A stretch of 64,000 bases of DNA from a virus. Taxonomy: Duplodnaviria > Caudoviricetes. The notes below the pieces were generated by a model. It worked only from the letters and a program-made list of their open reading frames with translations, was not told the DNA's origin and searched no databases. The position numbers and the translations under genes are program-made. Of the stretch, positions 47,637 through 56,782 are shown in pieces. Position 1 is the stretch's first letter. Each line of letters starts with the position of its first letter. The stretch spans positions 1,038-65,037 of IMG/VR virus record IMGVR_UViG_3300040801_003690. One strand, given 5' to 3'.

Positions 47637-49838
47637 TTATAGAGAACCCTTTATGTACATTAACACCGCGTATTCCCTTAAAATATTTTCTGATAAAAGG
47701 ACTTTTGAATTAATTTTTCTATCCAGTCTGACTTTATTTTTTGACACCACAGTTGGTAAAATTTCCAAATCATTCCACGAATAGTCATTTTCAACAAGAA
47801 GATGGGTAATATTAGTGTACGTTTCCATTGTTATCATTTTTCCAGATTGTATATTCTGAGTGGCTTTTTTTATAAACTCCGGATCAGTTTGTGCCTGACG
47901 AATAATTTCGTTAACTTTGGGAACAAGTTCTTTCCATGCCCCGTCGGTTTTATTATCCGCCATGATACTGGACATTTGTCTTATCAACGCCTTTCTATCT
48001 TCTTCCGACGGCAAAGTACTTATTTTTTCAGCCCAATCACCAATATAATCCATTAACCCGCGATTGTTTAGTTTAGAATTTTGGGTTTTCAATTGCTTGG
48101 AAACATTAAAAAATATTCTTCTTAAATCACCATCAGAAAGTGTCTCGTTTTCACCTTCAAGCATCAATGCACCAAAGTTATGTGAAGAATCCTGTAGATT
48201 CGTTTTGTTAGACAACCGACTGTAACGTTTTTTTAAAAAATTTATAACAATTTTTTCTAAACCAAACTGATATGTAATTTCTGCCAATCGAGAAATCTCA
48301 TCTTTACGTGTATGGCGCACTAAGTTCAAAATTCGTCGTATAAAAGAATCATCGCGTTGTCTAAGTGATACTCCAGCATCATTGAATATCTTTCTAATTT
48401 CCCAAGCATTAAATCCAACAGAATTCAAAAAAACAATTAATCTATCGGAGTCGGTGGGTTTACCAAATTCTTCCCAAGCCTGCCTAAATTCTTTAGAATT
48501 GGATGGTTTTGTTCCTCCCCTAAAAGTAACAAATTTTCCCATAGGGCTTATCTGCTGCATAATATTGCTTCTTCTACCAAGAACCTGCCGTGCATGTGCT
48601 TTGTTCTTGGCCTTGGCCGCACTAAATCCCTTGTCCAAATGTTTAAGATGTGCTGCCATATTGCCAACTGTACGCAAGGAAGGCATAGGCAACCATGCCT
48701 CCATCATCGGTTTTTTCAGTGATATTATGGAATCTGAAAGTTTATTTTGTTCGTTGACCAGCGCTGACATTGTGTTTACAATCCATGTCATTTTTAATAA
48801 CGAAGAAACCTCTTCAGAAAAAAGTTTGTACGTAGTCAAAACAAGCACTATTATAAATTTTTTATTCTGCACATCGGTATCGGCTGTTAGAATAGATTTA
48901 CACTTGGTTTTGAAATGCTCAACATATTGGCTACCTGATATCTCACCGAAATCAATATCACCAAGAGCCTTTATGGTAACGCCAACTATATCTCTTCCAT
49001 CATCTTCATCCATTTCAATTGAATCGCCTTCGGATTGCAACTTATCTAATATAGCCTGCATTTCCATATTTTCGGAATTTATGTTTTCGGAGCTACCTAC
49101 GTCATCTTCGTCTGTCTGGTCGTCGTCAGAAAAACCCAGATTCTTCTCTGCAGTCTGCAGGACATCTCTTACTTCCCCTCCGCTTAACCTTGCTTCTAAC
49201 AAAGCGCCAGCACAAAAAGTACTTATACTAAAAACTTCATTCATAAGTTTATGAGTTTTTTTTCTACGAGTAGTCAACAAAACCGCATCTTCAAACACCG
49301 AGTCATCTACCGGTATCCCCAGATCATATAAAAACGTTTTAACATCACCGGGCATGGGATCAGTTATGTTGTTATCTCTTCGATATTCCAGCCACTTGCG
49401 TATTAATTCTTTTGTTTTGTCATCTATTGCCCTAGGAACCGGAACTTCTGGGTCCGGAATTTGATCATCTGGCGAGGAAGTAGCCGCCGCTTGGTGTGGA
49501 TCAACATCATGCGAGGTCCGTTTCACTGTTCTTCCACGATGATAAGTTTTCCCCACAGTATATCTTTGTAATTCCTGCATAAATAACTTAACATCTCTGC
49601 GTTTCATATCTCCCAACAGAGATATAATTTCTTCGTATAGTTGACGAGTTTTTGGAGGCAATTCTTCGATATTATCAAACGTAGAGGCATGGCGTTTTAC
49701 TCCGTAATAGCCCCTATCGTTGTGTTTTGTCTCTCCATCTGCCGAGAGGTTTTCATTGCCTTCTTCGCTGAGATTTCGTATTTTATCAATCATTTTTTGC
49801 TGTTTTCGAAATGGCTCTAGAAAATTTCTGTGGATCAC
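47637..49838 (-). CDS. Large hypothetical protein, head cluster (733 aa)
   Basis: Long ORF; many L-x-E sites; 'W...GKPTDS' segment. Confidence 0.7.
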   Translation of the reverse strand: MIHRNFLEPFRKQQKMIDKIRNLSEEGNENLSADGETKHNDRGYYGVKRHASTFDNIEELPPKTRQLYEEIISLLGDMKRRDVKLFMQELQRYTVGKTYHRGRTVKRTSHDVDPHQAAATSSPDDQIPDPEVPVPRAIDDKTKELIRKWLEYRRDNNITDPMPGDVKTFLYDLGIPVDDSVFEDAVLLTTRRKKTHKLMNEVFSISTFCAGALLEARLSGGEVRDVLQTAEKNLGFSDDDQTDEDDVGSSENINSENMEMQAILDKLQSEGDSIEMDEDDGRDIVGVTIKALGDIDFGEISGSQYVEHFKTKCKSILTADTDVQNKKFIIVLVLTTYKLFSEEVSSLLKMTWIVNTMSALVNEQNKLSDSIISLKKPMMEAWLPMPSLRTVGNMAAHLKHLDKGFSAAKAKNKAHARQVLGRRSNIMQQISPMGKFVTFRGGTKPSNSKEFRQAWEEFGKPTDSDRLIVFLNSVGFNAWEIRKIFNDAGVSLRQRDDSFIRRILNLVRHTRKDEISRLAEITYQFGLEKIVINFLKKRYSRLSNKTNLQDSSHNFGALMLEGENETLSDGDLRRIFFNVSKQLKTQNSKLNNRGLMDYIGDWAEKISTLPSEEDRKALIRQMSSIMADNKTDGAWKELVPKVNEIIRQAQTDPEFIKKATQNIQSGKMITMETYTNITHLLVENDYSWNDLEILPTVVSKNKVRLDRKINSKVLLSENILREYAVLMYIKGSL

Positions 49839-50058
49839 CGGTTAGGATGCTGTTAAGAAATCTTCTTTTTAATTTTGTTGCTGTGTCAGGCTCATATGTT
49901 TCGTCAATTTTACGAAACACGTTAATGGCCGAGTGTATGATGTGATTTGCCCTTGAATCCAACGCATCCGTGTCGTTCTCAGTCAATGAAATTGTTTTTA
50001 TTTCTTCCAATATGGACTTCGGACGGCGGGGTTGCCCAACATCTGACATTTTCATCAT
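49786..50058 (-). CDS. Late small protein (90 aa)
   Basis: Late motif at 50081-50088; GGAG SD. Confidence 0.65.
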   Translation of the reverse strand: MMKMSDVGQPRRPKSILEEIKTISLTENDTDALDSRANHIIHSAINVFRKIDETYEPDTATKLKRRFLNSILTGDPQKFSRAISKTAKND

Positions 50059-50093
50059 AGTACTCCAAAAGATTTATATATATTTATCAAATA

Positions 50094-51494
50094 TCAGAGT
50101 TTCTTGAGCATTTCTCTAAGGTTGGATCCTCGCTCAACAATGTTTATTTCATTTTCGCGGGGTTCGGGGGGTTTCAGAACACTCTTCTTTTTCAGATTTT
50201 CAATGACTTTTTCTGTGTCGATATGATCTCCGGTTTCCTCGTTATCCCAATCTGTTATTCGCATGGTTTTGATATTATATTTCAAATCAAGTTTAGCCCC
50301 AGTACCAGAACTAGAGCGAGTTTTCAACAACTGAACTTGGTATCTTCCGCCTTCTTTCATTGTCATTGTAGTGAAAATAGCGATAACATTGTCTGCCGTG
50401 TTTATTTTTGAAATACCACCAGAAATATGACTATGGTCGTAATCTATTTCATCATGACTTTGTCTATTAAGCTGTGAAGCCGTTCCCAAAACAACGTCGC
50501 AGTCGGTAGCAAGCTTGCGTAGTTCTTCCGAAACGTATTTGTCTTTTACAAACAAATCACTAGGCGTTATTCTCCTGTCGTATGGGATCATAAGATCTAA
50601 ATAGTCTACCATTACTGCGTCAACCTTTAGACCAGTATTAATTTCGTATTCTTTGACATATGCCCTTATGTCTGTGGATGTGGTCGCGGCTGGAGGCATG
50701 TATTTGACCTGCATAGATCCCCCGTGCTCTTTAGAAAACTTATTGATACGCATTGCAGTATCATCGGGGTCTTTCACCAGTTCTTGCGTGCCATACCCGC
50801 TCAGCATAGCGAACAAACGCAAGTTTATAAGGGCCTCACTCAATTCCAACGTAATATATAGGACATTTAGCCCCTGTGCGACCAAATTTAAAGACCAGTT
50901 CTGTAAAAAAAGACTTTTACCAATGCCCGATTGTCCAGCAAATATATTGAGTGTTCCACGTTCGGTACCACCATATAATTTCCTGTCAATATCAGACCAT
51001 CCAGTAGATATCATGTCCCCTTTTTCCAGCATTCGTCTTATTTGGTGCTCTGGATGATCAAACACGTCCGTTCCCAAGTCTTTTACCAGACCAATCTGAA
51101 CCGCATTTTTGATATTGGCTTCAACCTCACCGTACCTCTTTTCCTGCAATAGGTCGGCTGACTTTAAGATTTCAATTTCTAACGCACGATGACGGCAAAA
51201 CTGTTCATATTCACCAAGAAACCAATCTCCATGTGTTGCACAGTCTTTTGCATCCAACTGTTCGTATGCCGTCCCACATTTAGTATTAATAATTTCAATT
51301 GACGGTGCCATCGAATGATCGTTGGCATAAGACATGATAAATTTTATTGCTCTTTGTGCGTGGGGTGATTCGAAATACTCTGACTTTGTAATACTCATGC
51401 ATCTGGTTAAAAGAGTACGATCTGTAATCAAGAACCGTATGAACAAATCTTCTAAGTCTGGGGTATAATCTTGTATTTCTTTACTTTTAGTCAT
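50094..51494 (-). CDS. Replicative helicase (T4 gp41 / DnaB-like)
   Basis: GQSGIGKS, YITLEL, VDYLDLM, TASQLNR, KTRSS. Confidence 0.94.
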   Translation of the reverse strand: MTKSKEIQDYTPDLEDLFIRFLITDRTLLTRCMSITKSEYFESPHAQRAIKFIMSYANDHSMAPSIEIINTKCGTAYEQLDAKDCATHGDWFLGEYEQFCRHRALEIEILKSADLLQEKRYGEVEANIKNAVQIGLVKDLGTDVFDHPEHQIRRMLEKGDMISTGWSDIDRKLYGGTERGTLNIFAGQSGIGKSLFLQNWSLNLVAQGLNVLYITLELSEALINLRLFAMLSGYGTQELVKDPDDTAMRINKFSKEHGGSMQVKYMPPAATTSTDIRAYVKEYEINTGLKVDAVMVDYLDLMIPYDRRITPSDLFVKDKYVSEELRKLATDCDVVLGTASQLNRQSHDEIDYDHSHISGGISKINTADNVIAIFTTMTMKEGGRYQVQLLKTRSSSGTGAKLDLKYNIKTMRITDWDNEETGDHIDTEKVIENLKKKSVLKPPEPRENEINIVERGSNLREMLKKL

Positions 51495-52515
51495 ATTTTA
51501 GTAAATTTCTTTTTAATTGTATTTTTAGTTTATTATACTCGGCATGCTCTATGATAGACTGTAATGTCGCGATACGACCGTATTTAGCCACCGCATCAGA
51601 CGCGTCTCCGATATCTCTGTCCCACGGGGGGAACGACACGGCCCATCCATATTTAACCGCGTCATCTACTAAATCCATACCGGCTTTGTCTCGGTGGGGG
51701 GTTAGTATAACCGTTTTGTCCATGGACAAAATCATTTTGGCTTGTTCCTCGTTAATACTATTATGCAACGGGGAGACTCCTTTTAAACTATACGCATCAA
51801 AAACCCCCTCACACAAAATAAGATATTCATTGTCCGGATTCTGTTCATCTAAATTATAAAGATAATTTGAAGGCATCACATTTATATATTTTGGCAAACT
51901 TTTTGGAAGTTTAGAAGAACAATATCGTGCAGTGTATCCAACTGTTTGACCACGATAGCTAAAAGGCAGCAACACTCTTCGATTATATTGTTTTTCTTTG
52001 ACCGGAGTCCAATATAATGAGTCCAGATCATCAAATTCTCGCTCTTCTACAACATATTGCAACACTTTCAAGAAGTTTTCATCGTTACAATTCTCCTTAG
52101 CCCAAAACGACAGGGGTTTGGTATATTGTGGCAACTCTGTTGGGGTCCATCGGACAGTAATATCACGTTCTATAGATATCAGCTGTACATCAATGTCGTT
52201 TCCTTTTTTCAATCGAAGCAGTTCGAATTGGATTTTTTTGATATCTTTGCTAGGAACGCCGATGGTGGTTAGAAATTCAATAAAATTTTTACTTAATGGT
52301 GTTTTTCCATCCCATCTGGTTTTGAAATTACAATTAAAGCAATTCATCCCGATGGTTGAACCATCAAATTTTATTCCAAAACGCTTCCGAGTATCTTTGT
52401 GTCCTCTGCCCGGACACATCATACAATTGCATCTCCGAAAACCCGACGGGGTATCTGTGAGAGGATCAATATATTGCAATATGACACTCGAAACTAAATC
52501 ATATGGAGTTTGCAT
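51487..52515 (-). CDS. DNA primase (T4 gp61-like)
   Basis: Zn ribbon CMMC...CFNC, GYTAR, PKY, TOPRIM EGVFD. Confidence 0.9.
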   Translation of the reverse strand: MQTPYDLVSSVILQYIDPLTDTPSGFRRCNCMMCPGRGHKDTRKRFGIKFDGSTIGMNCFNCNFKTRWDGKTPLSKNFIEFLTTIGVPSKDIKKIQFELLRLKKGNDIDVQLISIERDITVRWTPTELPQYTKPLSFWAKENCNDENFLKVLQYVVEEREFDDLDSLYWTPVKEKQYNRRVLLPFSYRGQTVGYTARYCSSKLPKSLPKYINVMPSNYLYNLDEQNPDNEYLILCEGVFDAYSLKGVSPLHNSINEEQAKMILSMDKTVILTPHRDKAGMDLVDDAVKYGWAVSFPPWDRDIGDASDAVAKYGRIATLQSIIEHAEYNKLKIQLKRNLLKYD

Positions 52516-52524
52516 AACAGCACA

Positions 52525-52554
52525 ATTATATCAGAAAAGTATCCCAAATGTCAA
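52525..52554 (-). promoter_or_regulatory. Sigma70-type promoter for primase-helicase
   Basis: TTGACA-18 bp-TATAAT, 9 nt before ATG. Confidence 0.8.
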
Positions 52555-52568
52555 TGACTTAGGCGCTG

Positions 52569-53417
52569 TTAAGATCTCCATTCTATCTTAGAAATCGATC
52601 CATTATCGTCAATGTCTAAATCAGGATCATATATTAGTTTAAATTTAACCCAGCATAAGTTTGTCTGTATAGTAAAGGCAGTTGTTCCGGTATAATCTTC
52701 CATCGTTATCGATGATATACCGGGACCCAAATCAACAACAAAATATTGCAAAATATCGGTCGGCGGAGTTGGATCTAGCGTACCCAAAACAACCAATTCT
52801 CCGCTAAAATTGGTAGCCGTTACTGAAAAGGTGTGGATGCTGTTCTTATGATTCCTTATGGCGTTGGCCGAAACAGCGGAACTATATAACGTATACGGCT
52901 CTTCTTGTGCGTTTAACGGAACCCATGTGTCCGGGTCCAAAACCACTGATTCCATTGGAACCGAGTATCCTTGGTTTGTTATTTCAACTTTATAAACAAT
53001 GTTATCGGCTAAATCAGTATAAAATGGAAGATATTTTGCAGTTTCCGGTGCTTCACCATATATTGGTTTCTCTTGCACTAAGACCATGTCGTAAAATCCC
53101 ACAGAAAGATTTACTAAATCTCCCTCCAACACATTTAAACACAATTCCCCAGTGCACGTGCCCGTCGCCAAGCGCTTTTCTAACACAACTTCTTGGTTTT
53201 CCAAATTTACAAACTTTGCTCCCACATTCATATGATCAACAGGTATTCTTTTGTAGTCTTTATCCTTAACGGTAAATTGTACAGAGTTATCAACACCCTT
53301 ATGTATTTTGATCATTCGTGTATCCATTGGTTTATTCTCTTTACTACAGCATTTTAGCCTGTCGCCCACATAAAGCAATTGATATGCGTCTTCATATAGG
53401 TATGCGTTAACAAACAT
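52569..53417 (-). CDS. Probable virion structural protein (282 aa)
   Basis: 'KGVDN...F...D.D' N-domain; C-domain paralogous to 7048..7485. Confidence 0.6.
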   Translation of the reverse strand: MFVNAYLYEDAYQLLYVGDRLKCCSKENKPMDTRMIKIHKGVDNSVQFTVKDKDYKRIPVDHMNVGAKFVNLENQEVVLEKRLATGTCTGELCLNVLEGDLVNLSVGFYDMVLVQEKPIYGEAPETAKYLPFYTDLADNIVYKVEITNQGYSVPMESVVLDPDTWVPLNAQEEPYTLYSSAVSANAIRNHKNSIHTFSVTATNFSGELVVLGTLDPTPPTDILQYFVVDLGPGISSITMEDYTGTTAFTIQTNLCWVKFKLIYDPDLDIDDNGSISKIEWRS

Positions 53418-53530
53418 TTGAGTTCCATTTAATAATTATGACTTAATCCTCTATTATTTATTAAAATTCATCATTTTGTTTTGGGTCAAAATACTAAATA
53501 GATTTAAATAACAAACAACATTTCAATACT

Positions 53531-53908
53531 ATGACTTTTGAACATTATGCGGATATACAAAAAAAATTTCCGTTTTTATCAGGCATTGTCTTTCGCCAAA
53601 TAGAATACATAGGAATTATACAAAACTCAGATGACAAAATATTGTCTTTCTACGATTACGAGGCCATTAGGGCAGAAGAAGATCGACTATCTTTTCTCTC
53701 CATGGGAGACACTTGGTGGTGGGAAAGCAATCGTCAAATTCCTATTAATATATTTTTACGAGGAGAAATGGAACAATTCCGGTATTGTCTCAAAACTGTC
53801 ATACAAAAGGACACCGAAGTTGTCTTCGGTCCCGAAACTTCTTTAAACAACATCTACAACAAACGAATAAAACGTCGCCAAATACAACTTATGCGTAAAA
53901 TGGATTAA
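53531..53908 (+). CDS. Phage hypothetical protein (125 aa)
   Basis: Fills gap; 'WWWESNRQIPINIFL'; CTAAATA upstream. Confidence 0.7.
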   Translation: MTFEHYADIQKKFPFLSGIVFRQIEYIGIIQNSDDKILSFYDYEAIRAEEDRLSFLSMGDTWWWESNRQIPINIFLRGEMEQFRYCLKTVIQKDTEVVFGPETSLNNIYNKRIKRRQIQLMRKMD

Positions 53909-54483
53909 ATTTCGTTTTTTAACATGTTCATTTGAACAACGACCGCCATTGCGTAAGCAAATGAGTGGGCCTTTTTGAAATAATACTCGTCTTTCTTTGG
54001 CGGAATCCAAACCTCCTTCATTATTTTGTCCCACGAGGCATTTTCTAAATATCGCTTAGCTGGTCGAATTATAGCCAACACTGCCGCTAACTGTTCTATT
54101 GATTTGGGCTTTAATTTGAAAACCAAATCATAATGTTTTCCTATATGGAATAATTTTTCTACAAATTCTCTGTCTTTCAACATTTCCCAAGGAGGCTCGG
54201 ACTCTACCAATTCTTTTAACTGCCCCTCGTCAGTTATTTTTTCATATAACGAAACATTCAAGAAATCGATTTTAAAATAACCTTGTTTTTCAGCTTCCTT
54301 GTGGTCTATTGAGGATATATTACTCCTTACATCGTGGGGTATCGCCTGAAAATATACTCCAGTATTATGTTTTTCTAAAGTACCGTCTCTATCTATAGAT
54401 GCCACTATATGTGGGAATACTCCCAATGCTAATTTTCTATCAGCAACATCAATATCAATGTCTGTGTTAATTTTATTACTCAT
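53905..54483 (-). CDS. DnaE (Pol III alpha)-like fragment 2 carrying the catalytic aspartates
   Basis: DIDID, HNTGVYF (cf. HAAGVVI), GYFKIDFL (cf. GLVKFDFL), AIIRP, FKKAHSFAYA (cf. FNKSHAAAYA). Confidence 0.9.
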   Translation of the reverse strand: MSNKINTDIDIDVADRKLALGVFPHIVASIDRDGTLEKHNTGVYFQAIPHDVRSNISSIDHKEAEKQGYFKIDFLNVSLYEKITDEGQLKELVESEPPWEMLKDREFVEKLFHIGKHYDLVFKLKPKSIEQLAAVLAIIRPAKRYLENASWDKIMKEVWIPPKKDEYYFKKAHSFAYAMAVVVQMNMLKNEI

Positions 54484-55163
54484 AATCCTGCCTCTAATAA
54501 TGTTTCTCTGACGCGTTCGGTATCTTCCCTTCTAGACATAAAAATAACCTGCCACTTAATGGGATCTATTATTTGCTCTATTATTTTTATGTTATCTTCG
54601 TTCAAATTAGACATTATTCTGTCTGCCGATGGTGCCAAATAAAACACCCATGGACTTATCTTTCCACTTCTTATGAAATACACGACCTCATTGATGTTGG
54701 CTTTTTTAAAAAAATTAGAATATATGTCTGAATTTTCTTTAGCCCAATTTTCCATGGTTGCTAAAGACCGCTCTACCGCTCGGTAAACGGGTTCTGATTT
54801 CATTTTTTCTTCTAAATAACATGCATAAACATAAGCTTCCTTCCAATCCCTTAGCTTCACACCATTCTCAATAAGATATGTTACAAAATCATCTGAATCT
54901 ATTGGATCTAATTCTACTAAATATCTTCCAAATTTAACAAAATCAATATAAAAGCGGTTGTCAATAAAATCTTCAAGTGTTTTATATTTTTTGGCCGAAG
55001 TTGTCCTATAATAGAATTCTTGAAACACTCTAAGCCCCAACCGAGAAGCAATGTTGTCCTTATCAGCCCATCTTTTTTTCTTCACACACATATGGGATGC
55101 CAACGTGCGTTCTGAACTAAAGGCTTTTTTACAAAATTTACAAATTTTATCTGTCTTATTCAT
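54480..55163 (-). CDS. Protein with N-terminal C2HC zinc finger (227 aa)
   Basis: CKFCKKAFSSERTLASHMC. Confidence 0.7.
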   Translation of the reverse strand: MNKTDKICKFCKKAFSSERTLASHMCVKKKRWADKDNIASRLGLRVFQEFYYRTTSAKKYKTLEDFIDNRFYIDFVKFGRYLVELDPIDSDDFVTYLIENGVKLRDWKEAYVYACYLEEKMKSEPVYRAVERSLATMENWAKENSDIYSNFFKKANINEVVYFIRSGKISPWVFYLAPSADRIMSNLNEDNIKIIEQIIDPIKWQVIFMSRREDTERVRETLLEAGL

Positions 55164-55622
55164 TCACTTGAATAATTTCTTTATTTCGTCGTCTGTAAAT
55201 CCTCGGTCTTCAAAATAACCAATTATCTCATCTTTGGAATTTATCAACAGAAATGTATTAACATCTTCCTGTTTCCAATGTCGGTTTAATTCTCTAAGTT
55301 TAGTAGACAACATATCATCTTTTTTTCCTTTAGGAGGAGCAACCCACGGATGGTAGGTTGATTCTCCGGCACCTCCCATAGAGAGCAACTTCCATAAAAA
55401 ATCTGGATGCTTCTTAAATACATTAAAGTTGACGTTTACGAAATCATTGGTCATTAACAAATAATATTCGGAATTTGTCTCTGAGGAACTCATGTATCTC
55501 ATCAAAACCCAAAGAGACATTTCTTTCTTCTCATCGTCGCTAAGATTCAAATAGAAATCTTTATTGTTTTTGTCCAATTCCCATAGAACCTTTTTTAAAT
55601 CTATCTGATACTTAGAACCCAT
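55164..55622 (-). CDS. Probable clamp loader small subunit (T4 gp62-like)
   Basis: Size and 'LMRYMS...VN...W' pattern; replication context. Confidence 0.6.
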   Translation of the reverse strand: MGSKYQIDLKKVLWELDKNNKDFYLNLSDDEKKEMSLWVLMRYMSSSETNSEYYLLMTNDFVNVNFNVFKKHPDFLWKLLSMGGAGESTYHPWVAPPKGKKDDMLSTKLRELNRHWKQEDVNTFLLINSKDEIIGYFEDRGFTDDEIKKLFK

Positions 55623-55631
55623 TATAATTCC

Positions 55632-56132
55632 TTAAAACAAGCTACCAATTTCTATTGTCTTTGGAAGTTTGTTGTAGTCTTTGACAAAAAAAGCGCATGG
55701 AGGTTTGTTTCGATCTACCAAGGGAGTAACCAACATACATCCGTTTTTGAGTTTTGGAAAAAACCACTTAACTTCAGAATATATATTAGTCATCTCTATA
55801 TCCACCGATCTCGGTGTGCTATCCGCGAACGGATTATAAACAAAAGCCCTGAAACCCCGATCATTCAGTCGTGTCAATGGCATGACCTCTACCTCATTCA
55901 TCTCGTCATCACACACCATTATAGACCAATCCAAAGGCATTTGCAACTCCATGTTGCCTATCCTCAATACAACTGCTGGGGCATAAAATGATTCTAGAAA
56001 AACCAAAGGTAAATAAAAATAATCAATGTGTTTGCTGTTGGTCATATCTAATACACAAAATCTAACATCCCCAATTTCTTCAGGAATACAGTCTATATTA
56101 TATGTTCTATTCTCGATTGTTAAAATGTTCAT
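55632..56132 (-). CDS. Beta-rich hypothetical protein, possibly degenerate Hint fold (166 aa)
   Basis: Strand pattern only. Confidence 0.55.
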   Translation of the reverse strand: MNILTIENRTYNIDCIPEEIGDVRFCVLDMTNSKHIDYFYLPLVFLESFYAPAVVLRIGNMELQMPLDWSIMVCDDEMNEVEVMPLTRLNDRGFRAFVYNPFADSTPRSVDIEMTNIYSEVKWFFPKLKNGCMLVTPLVDRNKPPCAFFVKDYNKLPKTIEIGSLF

Positions 56133-56782
56133 ATCATTTCCGTAAATTTTTTATTTTCAGCTATAGCAGCACTTATCTTCTCGTTAAATTCATCAATAGT
56201 GCCTTGTAATTTATGAAATACAAATGCATTCTCTATTTGTTCATAATCATTTTCAATTAAACGTAGTCTTATATAAAACCCACAATCCTTTCTATACAAT
56301 GGATTTAATACAAGAACCAAGTCCCCCCTGCCATCATAGTGTGTTTTAATATAATCATCCGCAGATTCCAATATCTCTGGTGCTAGACCTTTCGTCCCAT
56401 CACTTTTATAATTGTCATATTGGATTACACGTCGCAACGTATAATAATATTTTTCTCCAACTAGTAACGGAACACTTGTGTCGATTTTTTGAACATTCCC
56501 TAACCTACTGTCTTTGTGTACAAACACAGTCTCAGACGGTTCATCTAATTGGAGTAACAACTTAAATGCATCCCAATATACATCAAACGATCCATAATAC
56601 CTATCTATAAGATATTGGTAACTTTTCTTAAGTTCCATCGTTATGACAACCTGTTGATCGCCCACCGAATGGTCAACCATTATGTTTTTGCACATTTTAG
56701 ACAAATAAGACCCGGTGTTTGTTGTCCGGTTGTACCTAATGTAATCGTGTGCGTCAACCACGAGTCTTGTCTTCTTCATCAA
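56129..56782 (-). CDS. Hypothetical protein (217 aa)
   Basis: ATGA-coupled to both neighbours. Confidence 0.6.
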   Translation of the reverse strand: MMKKTRLVVDAHDYIRYNRTTNTGSYLSKMCKNIMVDHSVGDQQVVITMELKKSYQYLIDRYYGSFDVYWDAFKLLLQLDEPSETVFVHKDSRLGNVQKIDTSVPLLVGEKYYYTLRRVIQYDNYKSDGTKGLAPEILESADDYIKTHYDGRGDLVLVLNPLYRKDCGFYIRLRLIENDYEQIENAFVFHKLQGTIDEFNEKISAAIAENKKFTEMI

